DNA of 64,000 nucleotides from an uncultured Alphaproteobacteria bacterium (GTDB lineage Bacteria > Pseudomonadota > Alphaproteobacteria > RF32 > CAG-239). Below, one piece after another: positions 1-10,100 of this stretch. The stretch lies in the NCBI GenBank assembly GCA_944393215.1, contig CALXZL010000003.1, positions 87,238-151,237 of the forward strand, given 5' to 3'. The notes below the pieces were generated by a model. The model was not told the DNA's origin. It made no database searches and saw only the letters and a program-made list of their open reading frames with translations. The position numbers were made by a program, and so were the translations under genes. The first letter of the stretch is position 1. Each line of letters starts with the position of its first letter.

Positions 1-143
1 ACTGACATATCCATGGAGAAACGCAAGTACTTTTTAGAAAAATATTACTGTTTTTCAATGATTTAGGCTGTTTTTAAGGTAACAATTTATTTCTGAAAAA
101 AATACCAATATTTCTATTGGTATTTTAGGAAAATATGACAACT

Positions 144-1544
144 CTACCTTTCTCGCATACTTTCGTTAAGATATTTCATTACCGGAGAGAGGAGATATTC
201 TATCACGCGGCGTTTGCCGGTTTTAATTTCGGCTGTTACGCTCATGCCGGGCTTGAGTTGGATTATTTGCCCATCAGCTTTGATTTTATTATCCAAGAGT
301 GTTAGTCGGGCATTAAACACTAAGCCAAGTTTTTCATCTTGAATGGCATCACCAGATATATTACGGACTTTTCCTTTGATTGTGCCATATTTTGTAAACG
401 GAAAACTGTCTATTTTGATTTCCACATCTTGTTTGGCGCGTACAAAACCGATGTCTTTGTTCAAAATCTGAACTTCCGCCTCCAATTTATAATCTTCCGG
501 TACTATATTCATAATTGGCTTGGCGGTTTCTACTACACCGCCTTTGGTATGATAAACCAACTGCTGAACATAACCCGATAGCGGGGCTTTGACGATAGTT
601 CGCTTTAAGGCTTCTTGATATTTAATCAGTTCTTGCTGATAAGAAGCCAACTTTTCACGGCTTTCGGTCAGCTCTTGCATGATATTCTTATCAAACTCAG
701 CCAAATATTGGCGTTGTTCTTTTTTCAAAGATTCAATATTGGCTTCGGTTTCTGCCATTTTCTTGGCTTGAACATTACGTTGTTCTTGTAAATTGGTTAA
801 TTCTTCTTCCTGTTCCAAAAAAGTCAAACGAGCTAAGAGCTTCTTCTCGACCAAAATTCTCTTTTTATCAATACGTTCTTCAACGCTGGGCAATAATTTT
901 TCAATACGTTGCAAATCGGCTTGAATAGTCTCCTTTTCTTTTTCGGCTTTAATAATTTGCCCTTCTAAAACCTCAATCTTTGCGGCTTTTTCGGTCATTT
1001 GACTTTGAAGAAGTTTACTGTGCATTCTGATTAAATATTCATCAATGTCATGATTATATGTAAAATTAGCTTCGGGATTATCGGTTAAGAGAGCTTTCAA
1101 GCGAGCAATAGAAATTTCTAAGGCTTCCATTTCGTTTTCAACACGATTGATATTTGCCAAGACTTCGGTTTGATTAAACTTAATCAGGTTTTGTCCTTCT
1201 TTGACATATTGCCCTTCCTGAACGTAGATTTCTTCAATTTCACTATCGGTCAAGGTCTGAATAGTTTTAATATTGGATGCCGGCATCAGTTTTCCGCCTG
1301 CAGTTGCGATAATGTCGATTTTGCCTAAGATTGACCATAAAATCAGAGTGGCAAACATTAACATAATAACGTATGTAAGCACTCTGGCGGCGTGAGATGG
1401 TGGCATTTCGGTAACTTCCAATACAGCCGGCAGAAACTCTTTTTCATGCTCGTTCATGCCCTTTACCTTACTATCTTTGGCGGCTTTTTCCTGTAACAAG
1501 GCTAGTTTGGCTATTTCCCAATATCTTTTCAGTTCTTCCCACAT
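144..1544 (-). CDS. hlyD: Type I secretion periplasmic adaptor (membrane fusion protein), HlyD family
   Basis: 466 aa with an N-terminal TM anchor and a long coiled-coil region. The C-terminal beta-barrel motif (..LKPGMSVTAEIKTGKRRVIEYLLSPV) is typical of HlyD/RtxD adaptors. It sits directly downstream of the hlyB-like ABC gene on the same strand. Confidence 0.85.
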   Translation of the reverse strand: MWEELKRYWEIAKLALLQEKAAKDSKVKGMNEHEKEFLPAVLEVTEMPPSHAARVLTYVIMLMFATLILWSILGKIDIIATAGGKLMPASNIKTIQTLTDSEIEEIYVQEGQYVKEGQNLIKFNQTEVLANINRVENEMEALEISIARLKALLTDNPEANFTYNHDIDEYLIRMHSKLLQSQMTEKAAKIEVLEGQIIKAEKEKETIQADLQRIEKLLPSVEERIDKKRILVEKKLLARLTFLEQEEELTNLQEQRNVQAKKMAETEANIESLKKEQRQYLAEFDKNIMQELTESREKLASYQQELIKYQEALKRTIVKAPLSGYVQQLVYHTKGGVVETAKPIMNIVPEDYKLEAEVQILNKDIGFVRAKQDVEIKIDSFPFTKYGTIKGKVRNISGDAIQDEKLGLVFNARLTLLDNKIKADGQIIQLKPGMSVTAEIKTGKRRVIEYLLSPVMKYLNESMRER

Positions 1545-1549
1545 TCTTT

Positions 1550-3715
1550 TTACTCCGCGGCCATTTGGGTTGGTATAATTGGTGCTGTTTGGCTATTCCA
1601 CAAATAAGCATAGCGTCCGCCTCGTTGAATAAGCTCTTCGTGTGTTCCGGTTTCCGTAATTTCGCCTTTTTCAATGGTGATAATCTGGTCGCAATCCCGA
1701 ACGGTGGACAAGCGGTGAGCAATCATAAACACCGTACGACCTTTACAAATTGAGGCCATATTCTGCTGAATAATACGTTCGGATTCATAGTCTAAAGCCG
1801 AAGTTGCCTCGTCAAAAATCAAAATTCGTGGATTATTAACCAAAGCTCGGGCAATGGCTATTCTTTGTCTTTGTCCTCCGGAAAGTGACGCTCCTCGCTC
1901 TTCAATAATGGTATCATAGCCGTTGGGAAGTTCGGTAATAAAATCATGAGCTCCGGCTAATTTGGCGGCGGCGATAATCTTGTCCATAGAAATTGCCGGA
2001 TTGGTTAGGGCAATATTCTCTCGCACACTCTTATTAAATAAGTAGTTCTCCTGTAAGACCACACCGATTTGTCGTCTTAACCATGCTGTATCAACGGTAG
2101 AAATATCAATTCCGTCAATCAGCACTTTGCCGGTTTCTGGAATATAAAGGCGTTGAATGAGTTTGGTTACGGTCGATTTACCCGAACCGCTCGGACCGAC
2201 AAAACCAATCTTTTGTCCGGCTTTGACTTTGAAATTCATTTTTTTAAGAATTTCCGGACCATTCGGTACATAGCGGAATGTAATATCCTTAAACTCCACA
2301 TCACCTTTAATTTCGGGCATAGAGCCTTTGGACAGGGTTTCGGTATTTTCGGCCGGATTGTTAAGAATATCGGAAAGTTTTTCGATAGAGATTTTGGCTT
2401 GTTGAAAATTTTGCCACAACTGAGCCAAACGTAAAATCGGTTGAGTTACGCGGCTGGAAAGCATATTAAAGGCAATCAGTTGCCCCACTGAAAGCTCGCC
2501 TTTCATCACCAAACTGGCTCCAATCCACAAAGTCAGAGCCATGGTGATTTTCTGTACTAACTGGACAAGCTGTCCGGCAATATTATTAATATGTGAGGCT
2601 CTGAAAGATGAGCCGACATAAGCGGCGAGTTGTTGTTCCCAACGGCGTTGCATTTGCGGTTCAACGGCTAATGATTTTACGGTTTCAACACCTGAAACAG
2701 CTTCAACCAAAAAGCATTGATTTTCAGCACCGCGTTGAAAACGCTCATCTATACGTGAACGTAGAATCGGGGTGAAGAACAAGGACAATACCACATAAAA
2801 AGGGATTGAGAGCAAAACCAGCAGTGTCAGAGTTTTGGAATAAAAGAACATGACAGTAAAAAAGATAATCGTAAAGAAGAAGTCGATAATCAGGGTTAAG
2901 GTCGAGCCAGTCAAAAAGTTGCGGATATTTTCCAGCTCATGAACTCGAGCCACCGTGTCGCCAACCCGACGGACTCCAAAATAAGATAAAGGCAGCCGAA
3001 TGAGATGCTTGAATAAGCTAGCACCAAGCTCCACATCCACGCGAGTGGTGGTATGTGAAAAAGTATATGTTCTAAGTCCGCCGAGCAAAGTTTCAAAGAT
3101 ACCAATACAGATTAGCGCCACCATTAATACGTCAAGACTTGAAAGCCCGCGGTTGACTAAAACCTTGTCAATCACCACTTGGAATAAAAGTGGCGATACC
3201 AGCGCAAACAGTTGTAAAAAGAAAGAGGCCAGAATAACCTCACCAAACAGCTTGCGGTATTTAACCACCGCCGGAATAAACCATGAAATGTCAAACTTGC
3301 GGTTTTTGCCGTTGATAAACTCACGGCAGGTCATCATTAAGAGCCTGCCGTTCCATCTATCTAAAAATTCTTCTTTGTTCAAAACCTCGGGGTGGTTACC
3401 TTTGGCGGGGTCTTGAATCAAAACTTTATCTTCTGCAACTTTGCCGATAATAAAATAAGTATTGTCTTTGCTTTGTGCGATTGCCGGCAGAGCGGTCTTG
3501 TCCAAGCGTTCCCATTTGGTGTCAACGAATCTGGCTTTGAAAGAAAATTCCTTTGCCAGTTGCAATAGCTCATATTCTTCAAAATGGGAATTTTGCCGGT
3601 CATATTTATGTTTGATTTGGTCAATAGAAATCGGCTTTTCAAAATAATTCGCCATAATGGCAAAACAAGCCAAGCCGGTATCAAGAGTTTGAGAATAGGT
3701 ATTTGTGGCTTCCAT
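1550..3715 (-). CDS. hlyB: Type I secretion ABC transporter, fused permease/ATPase with an N-terminal C39-like domain (HlyB family)
   Basis: 721 aa. Walker A is GPSGSGKST and the ABC signature is LSGGQRQRIAIARAL. A six-TM exporter domain sits in the middle. The N-terminal ~130 aa resemble a C39 peptidase-like domain that keeps the Cys (GLACFAIM) but lacks the usual His (NTYFII), so it is CLD-like. Confidence 0.9.
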   Translation of the reverse strand: MEATNTYSQTLDTGLACFAIMANYFEKPISIDQIKHKYDRQNSHFEEYELLQLAKEFSFKARFVDTKWERLDKTALPAIAQSKDNTYFIIGKVAEDKVLIQDPAKGNHPEVLNKEEFLDRWNGRLLMMTCREFINGKNRKFDISWFIPAVVKYRKLFGEVILASFFLQLFALVSPLLFQVVIDKVLVNRGLSSLDVLMVALICIGIFETLLGGLRTYTFSHTTTRVDVELGASLFKHLIRLPLSYFGVRRVGDTVARVHELENIRNFLTGSTLTLIIDFFFTIIFFTVMFFYSKTLTLLVLLSIPFYVVLSLFFTPILRSRIDERFQRGAENQCFLVEAVSGVETVKSLAVEPQMQRRWEQQLAAYVGSSFRASHINNIAGQLVQLVQKITMALTLWIGASLVMKGELSVGQLIAFNMLSSRVTQPILRLAQLWQNFQQAKISIEKLSDILNNPAENTETLSKGSMPEIKGDVEFKDITFRYVPNGPEILKKMNFKVKAGQKIGFVGPSGSGKSTVTKLIQRLYIPETGKVLIDGIDISTVDTAWLRRQIGVVLQENYLFNKSVRENIALTNPAISMDKIIAAAKLAGAHDFITELPNGYDTIIEERGASLSGGQRQRIAIARALVNNPRILIFDEATSALDYESERIIQQNMASICKGRTVFMIAHRLSTVRDCDQIITIEKGEITETGTHEELIQRGGRYAYLWNSQTAPIIPTQMAAE

Positions 3716-4235
3716 ATATATTATCCGCTTTTATAGGTTGCAAAACTCTAACAGACAACATCATAGAGGGAGAAAATTTAAAAGAAAAGTAAAATTTTTC
3801 TCTTAAGGTGCGAAAAAATTAAAATAAAGTAAACAATGAACTTATACACAGGGTTGTATTCTTAGAAATTCCACAAGTTTTTGTTAAGTAAAACATAACA
3901 CGTTATATTTACTCAAAAAAAATAAAATTTGTGCTTGCAATTTAAAATTATTGCTAGAAAATGATAAACAAGTTCACGCAACTAAGGAGAGGTTTATGAG
4001 AGACCATTATTTGGTGCCGCCCCAAACCTATCTCAATTTTTTGAGATTCTTACCATCTTGCCTACTTTTAGATGTTTCCTTGTTCTCGCCTAAAATAAAT
4101 TTTCCTCTCTCTTTGTTCTTTTATCCAATTTTTACGTTTTGTTATCTGCTTTTAAGTTACGCATTTTTCTCAATGCGGGAAAATGTTTTTTCGTGGAGGA
4201 AAATGAAAATAATAAAATTTATTAATAATAACTTT

Positions 4236-4442
4236 AATGCGTTCTTTCATCTGGAGAAAAAGCCGCTTAGTTTATTAAAATTTAAGCAAAGTGAATTTTA
4301 ATAAGTTAAGAAGGCGATATTGAAAAGTAAAAAGTAAGAAATAAATATTTTAAGGTAAAATTTTTTAGGGAGTTAAAATGAGAAAAATTATTAGTTTTTT
4401 GTTTTTATTGATGGGATTTTTGCTTAATGTAGGGGTAAGTTA
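4236..4442 (+). repeat. Copy A of a ~200-bp repeated cassette (3' scar of the RTX-module ORF, AT-rich promoter/5'UTR, RBS and first ~20 codons of an ankyrin lipoprotein gene)
   Basis: Almost identical to 18838-19045 and partly to 6269-6371 (aatgcgttctttcatctggagaa[a/c]aagccgcttagtttattaaaatttaag...gggagttaaaatgagaaaaattattagttttttg...). Confidence 0.8.
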
Positions 4443-5292
4443 TGCTCAAAATACCTCTTCTCAGATTAGCGATGAACAAGCTCATGAGATTGTGTTGAAA
4501 GGGACTCCGGATGATGTCAAAAAACTTATTCAAAGTGGTTATGATGTGAATAAGGTTTATCAGTGCAATACACTTTTAAATGTTGCGGTTAAAAGTGCTG
4601 TATACAGTCGAAATGCTAATAAACATCCAACATATGCATTGGAAAAAATTAAACTGTTAACAAAAGCAGGGGCAAATATAAATAAAGTTTCTTGTATTGG
4701 AATATCAATGCCTGCATTGCATTGGGCTGTTGCTTTGCCATCTCTTATTCCAGATATGGAGCGAGATGTAAATATTGCAATTGATGAAAAAATAAAAAAT
4801 AAAATCGGAGAATGTAATTTTCCAGGAATTGTTTCTAAACCGTGCGGAGAAATTACTTCTGAAGAAAGAGAGGAAATCAGAATAGCTATAAAAGGAGCAA
4901 TGCAGCTAGCATATCGTAAATTTATTCCATATTTTATGGAAATTATAGATTTTCTTGTTAAAAGCGGTGCTGATATTAATTTGAAAGCAGGAACTTTCGA
5001 AACTTCTCCTTTGCATCTTGCGGCTGCAAATCCTCAGGAAATAACATTGGAACCTTTGAAATATCTGATTCAAAAAGGAGCTGATATCAATATTCAAGAT
5101 AGTGATGGAAATACAGCATTATTTTGGGCTTATAGTGTAGAAAATGATAGAATTGTAAATGAACTTATAAAAGCTGGAGCTGATGAAAATATTAAGAATG
5201 CTGAAGGGGCATTTTATTATGATGTAAAATCTGTAAAGCAAAGAATTCTTTTAGACCAACGAGGAGATATTGAAATAGAAACTTATGAATAA
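4378..5292 (+). CDS. Secreted ankyrin-repeat protein (Sec signal peptide, cleavage after VSYAQ)
   Basis: 304 aa. The N-terminal signal peptide is MRKIISFLFLLMGFLLNVGVSYAQ. Several ankyrin-like repeats are present (..GADINIQDSDGNTALFWA.., ..KAGADENIKNAEG..). The RBS is gggag, 7 nt upstream of the ATG. Confidence 0.8.
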   Translation: MRKIISFLFLLMGFLLNVGVSYAQNTSSQISDEQAHEIVLKGTPDDVKKLIQSGYDVNKVYQCNTLLNVAVKSAVYSRNANKHPTYALEKIKLLTKAGANINKVSCIGISMPALHWAVALPSLIPDMERDVNIAIDEKIKNKIGECNFPGIVSKPCGEITSEEREEIRIAIKGAMQLAYRKFIPYFMEIIDFLVKSGADINLKAGTFETSPLHLAAANPQEITLEPLKYLIQKGADINIQDSDGNTALFWAYSVENDRIVNELIKAGADENIKNAEGAFYYDVKSVKQRILLDQRGDIEIETYE

Positions 5293-5332
5293 AAATCATT
5301 AATTTTATTAACTTTTTATTAGGAGAAATTTT

Positions 5333-6283
5333 ATGAGCTATTTAAATGCCAATGAATTAAAAAATGCTTTAACTCCAATTTTGCAATCTTATGGGTTAAA
5401 TGATATTGTAATTAATCAGTTGCTTTCTGATGAATTTATTAATGGAGCCTTTGAATTAACTCAAAATGAACCAGAAAACGATGATTTTATGAGTTTTGTA
5501 AGAAATTTTTCGGAAGAACAAACTTTATATTCAATCATAGAAGCTCAAGATAAAATTGTAACAGAATTATGTCAAGAAGGATATTTTACAAGCATTTTAC
5601 AATATGTAATTGATGCTTGGAGAGATATTGATTTTTCTAATAGTACTATAATGCAAATAAGTAGTATTGAAGATAATGATAGTTCTTCTAAATTTGAGGC
5701 TATATTTGATACTGTTTTAGAAATTGCAGAATTTGTACCGGCATTGAAAGCACCGGCTAAAGAATTAAAAATATATAAACATATTGCTGTCGGAGTATAT
5801 GAACAAGATAAAAAATTTTATGATATTGCTGATCGTTTTAGTCAAGAATTGTGGGCAATAGCAACAGGCGCAAGAGGAGCTTTTACCACGGCACATAAAC
5901 AAGCTTCGCCATTGGCACTTGATTTGGATGGAGATGGGGTTGAAACAACAACAGTAGAGTCAGGTGTCTATTTTGATCATGATGATAATGGTTTTGCCGA
6001 AAAATCAGGTTGGGTCGGCAAAGATGACGGTTTGTTGGTTCGTGATATTAATAATAATGGACTGATTGATGATGGAACGGAGTTGTTTGGTAATAACTCC
6101 GTTCTTTCGTCCGGGGAAAAAGCCGCTAATGGGTTTGAGGCTTTAGCTGATTTGGATAGTAATAGTGACGGTGTTTTTAATAGCTCTGATACGGCATGGA
6201 ATCAGGTTAAAGTTTGGAAAGATGCCAATCAAAACGGCGAAGTTGATAGCGGTGAACTTTTGACTTTAGAACAAGCCGCTTAG
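5333..6283 (+). CDS. Orphan RTX-family N-terminal paralog: unique ~190-aa N-domain fused to the EF-hand-like Ca-binding module shared with the giant RTX protein, ending at a recombination scar
   Basis: C-terminal 127 aa (SPLALDLDGDGVETTTVESG...GELLTLEQAA*) are >85% identical to residues ~190-318 of the 7192-14355 protein. The stop codon lies inside the repeated cassette (copy B). The RBS is aggag. Confidence 0.65.
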   Translation: MSYLNANELKNALTPILQSYGLNDIVINQLLSDEFINGAFELTQNEPENDDFMSFVRNFSEEQTLYSIIEAQDKIVTELCQEGYFTSILQYVIDAWRDIDFSNSTIMQISSIEDNDSSSKFEAIFDTVLEIAEFVPALKAPAKELKIYKHIAVGVYEQDKKFYDIADRFSQELWAIATGARGAFTTAHKQASPLALDLDGDGVETTTVESGVYFDHDDNGFAEKSGWVGKDDGLLVRDINNNGLIDDGTELFGNNSVLSSGEKAANGFEALADLDSNSDGVFNSSDTAWNQVKVWKDANQNGEVDSGELLTLEQAA

Positions 6284-6371
6284 TTTATTAAAATTTAAGC
6301 AAAGTGGATTTTAATAAGTTAAGAAGGCGATATTGAAAAATAAAAAATGAGAAATAAATATTTTCAGGTAA
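6269..6371 (+). repeat. Copy B (partial, ~100 bp) of the repeated cassette
   Basis: gaacaagccgcttagtttattaaaatttaagcaaagtggattttaataagttaagaaggcgatattgaaaaataaaaaatgagaaataaatatttt matches copies A and C, then diverges. Confidence 0.8.
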
Positions 6372-6392
6372 TTGTATAAAAGAGGACGGAAA

Positions 6393-7199
6393 ATGTTTTT
6401 TAAGAACTACGATGTTTATGAAAACAAATTAAGTGAACAATTAAGCGATGATAATCCATATAAGAAAAAATTGATAGAGATGGAAACGCCATCTGAAAAG
6501 CATCCTATATACACAATACTGGTGTGGAGTTTACTTATTTATTGTTGGATGTTTTTTATTGCAATGTTTTATAAGCAAATTAATCAATCTTATTTATATA
6601 ATTTAAAATTAGTTATATCTTCTGCAAATATTATATTTGTGACTTTAGCTATATGTTTGTGTTACAAAAAAAATTATCTCATCGGAACAAATTCAATATA
6701 TCGCCGCAATTCATATATTATATTTGTACTATCCGTTATATTTTCCGTTTTAATAGAAACGGCAGATTCTGGAAATATCACCCGAACAGAACTTGTTGAG
6801 ACATTTTTTTTCTTTTATGTGATAAATTCTAAATCGTATATTGCTTTGGCTATTGTTGCTTTTATTGCGTTAGGAATAGCATCTAGTTATTATACGTGTC
6901 CATATGAACTTTATCGAGGATTTTATTCTGTAAATAAAATCTACAATGTATGTTCCTCTGAAAAAAAATTATTAGACAAATGGTTTTTAATATGCGCAAT
7001 AGGTTTTTTTATATACTTGCCATTAATTTATATGGCATTCACACCAGCAAAAGATGATTTTAATTCCAAAATAAAACTTTTATCTGTTGCAGGCCTGTTT
7101 GCCATAATTCCTTTTAATACAACAATTTATATAGGAAGAAAATATTATAAATGTTTTGCAAAGGCATACAAACAAGAAAGGAGATATACAGATGATTGA
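6393..7199 (+). CDS. Polytopic inner-membrane protein of unknown function, translationally coupled to the downstream RTX gene
   Basis: ~268 aa with at least 6 hydrophobic helices. The RBS is agaggacgg before the ATG at 6393. Its stop TGA overlaps the RTX start as ATGATTGA at 7192-7199. Confidence 0.55.
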   Translation: MFFKNYDVYENKLSEQLSDDNPYKKKLIEMETPSEKHPIYTILVWSLLIYCWMFFIAMFYKQINQSYLYNLKLVISSANIIFVTLAICLCYKKNYLIGTNSIYRRNSYIIFVLSVIFSVLIETADSGNITRTELVETFFFFYVINSKSYIALAIVAFIALGIASSYYTCPYELYRGFYSVNKIYNVCSSEKKLLDKWFLICAIGFFIYLPLIYMAFTPAKDDFNSKIKLLSVAGLFAIIPFNTTIYIGRKYYKCFAKAYKQERRYTDD

Positions 7200-10100
7200 A
7201 ATTTCACAAGAAGACAAAAATACAATAGATAATTTTTTTGAAACCTTAAAGAATATGGCTATAACAGGAGGTGAGGTTACATTAAGTAAAATCGGAGATT
7301 GCGTTTCTAAAATGCCTATAGGCGACTTAAAAAATATGGGAAGATTGGTAAAAACATATGGTTATTATGGAGCATTTTTTGCTATTCAACAATCTATAGA
7401 AGAACACAATTTAGGTCCCATTGGTAAATATGCTTTAGCAACAGGAATAGCAATATTATTGATACCTGCGGGGGCTACTATTACATCAGCTGCAATCGCA
7501 ACATTTGTTATTGGCAGTTTAGTTGGATTGTCATGGGATTATATTGAAAAACATAAAGATGATATTTTTAATGAATTAAAATCTATTTTAACTGCGGTAG
7601 GTGTAGAAATGGAAGAAAATACTATTTCTGTAAATTGTTGCACTTTATCTCAATATAATAGACAATATACAAAATATGAACCTATGTGCATGATTCAAGA
7701 ATCTCTTTTCACAGCGGAAACGACGCGTTCACCATTAGTCATAGATTTAGATGGAGATGGAGTTGAAACCACGACAGTGGAAAAAGGAACACATTTTGAT
7801 CACGATGGCAATGGTTTTGCGGAAAGAAGTGGTTGGGTAGGCAAAGATGATGGTTTGTTGGTAAGAGATATTAACGGAAATGGACAGATAGATAATGGAA
7901 CGGAGTTGTTTGGTAATAACTCCGTTCTTTCGTCTGGGCAAAAAGCCGCCAATGGGTTTGAAGCCTTAGCTGAGTTAGATAGTAACAGTGATGGTGTTTT
8001 TAATGGTTCTGATACGGCATGGAACCAAGTTAAAGTTTGGAAAGATACGAATCAAAACGGCAAAGTTGATGAAGGAGAGCTGTTAACTTTGGAACAAGCC
8101 GGAATTGAAAATATTAATTTAGATTATCAAAATTCAAACGCAACAGATATTAACGGTAATACTATCGGTCAGATAGGGTCTTTTGACAAAGAAAACGGAG
8201 CTCAAGGAAACATTAACGATATTTGGTTTAATGCCGATTTAATGGATACTGTAGATAAAACAGAGGTTGATATCCCCGCTGATATTGCCGCTTTGCCTAA
8301 TGTTCAAGGTTTTGGCAATGTGCATGATTTGCATACGGCAATGGCTTTGGATACGACAGGAGAACTCAAAGCCTTAGTGCAACAATATGCCGCAGAAACA
8401 AATTCTGAAGCTCGTCAACAAATTTTGTATAACATTATATATCATTGGACCGGTGTTCAAGATATGCCGATTGACGGTCGTGACCCAACACAAGTTTATG
8501 GTAAGGTTATTGATGATACACGCAAACTTGAAGCGTTAGAAGAATTTATGGGCAAAGAATATCTCGGTACATGGTGTTGGGGAGAACGAGACCCAAATCC
8601 GCACGGCAAGGCTGCTCCTTATATCTTGCGTGCTTTTGATATTTTGGCAGAATATGTTAATAGTGAACTATTATCTCAAACACACTATAAACCATTGTTG
8701 GAGAAAGTGCAATTAACATGGAATAATTCTACAGAAACATGGAATGTGGATGTTTCTGAAGCTGTGGCGCAAATTCAAGGCATTTATAATGAAAATGCAG
8801 AAAATGGAATCGTAGCATTTAGAGAATTTGAAGCATTAATAAAAAATTGCGGATATAATAACTTACAATCTATTTATGATGCTTTTAGAAACTATGGTTC
8901 TCTGACGGGTAATGATTTAGATGTTATGCTCGCAAAATTTGGTTATACTTATGGAACAGAAAGCAATGATAATTTGACCGGAACGTCTGGTGTGGATGAA
9001 ATTAATGGATTGGCCGGTAATGATACTATTTATGGCGATGCCGGTAATGATACCCTAGACGGTGGCGCCGGAAATGATAATATTTTTGGTGAAGATGGAA
9101 ATGATATCCTTATCGGAGGCGAAGGAAATGATTATCTCATTGGAGGAAATGGCGCCGATACTTATATTTTTAACCCCGGTTTTGGCAATGATGCCATTGA
9201 TAATTCTGATGATAATGCTTCTGCAAATGAGCCGGATATTATCCAATTTGGTGAAGGTATTTTAGCATCAAAAACAACTCTCGGTCGCCAAGGTTTTGAC
9301 TTGATTATTACTGTTTCATATGATCCGGATGAAGAGGGCAATACACGGCCGAACGATTCAATTCGTATTTATAGCTATTTTGACCAACAAGGTACATCAA
9401 GCGCAACGGTTAATTCTATTGTGTTTGCAGATGGCACAACTTGGGATTATGAATATGTTCTTGGCCACTGGAATAGCATCCCCGGTGTGAACGGCGGAGA
9501 AACTTTAGAAGGAAATAATGAAGATAATACTATAAACGGAACATCTTATAATGATATTTTAATTGGTAACGGTGGAAATGACGTTATTAATGCCGGAAAC
9601 GGAAATGATCGTTTGCTTGGCGGAACCGGAAATGACACATTAAACGGTGGTTTAGGTGATGATGCTTATCTATGGAATTGGGGCGATGGAATGGATACCA
9701 TCTATGATACCGGAAATCATGATAAAATTTCTTTCGGTGAAGGTATTTCATTCAATGATTTGAAATTCCGTCAAGAAGGCAGCCATTTGCGAATTACGGT
9801 TAAAAATAATGAATCTCAAGGAATATTAATTAATAACTTTTTCTCCGGTTTAGATTATAAAATTGAAGATTTGTATTTTCACGATGGTTCTATTACTCAT
9901 CTATCAGAAATTCCTCTGATTTTGCATCAGTTAGAAACTGGTGAAAACATAAATCTTACAAATAATGGAGATACTGTATTTGCTAATGGTGGAAATGACA
10001 CGATTAATGGTGGGCAAAATAGAGACATTATTTATGCTGGTGCCGGTTTTGATACAGTTAATGCTGGTGCAGGTAATGATCTTATTATTGGTGGTACAGG

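Noticed and set aside
3951-4301. 116-aa ORF in the hlyB-ankyrin intergenic region
   Set aside because: It lies in an AT-rich promoter region that overlaps the repeated cassette (copy A). The sequence is low-complexity and has no RBS. It is most likely non-coding.
6372-6392. Upstream ATG (MYKRGRK...) as the start of the membrane protein
   Set aside because: It has no RBS. The ATG at 6393 is preceded by agaggacgg at ideal spacing.
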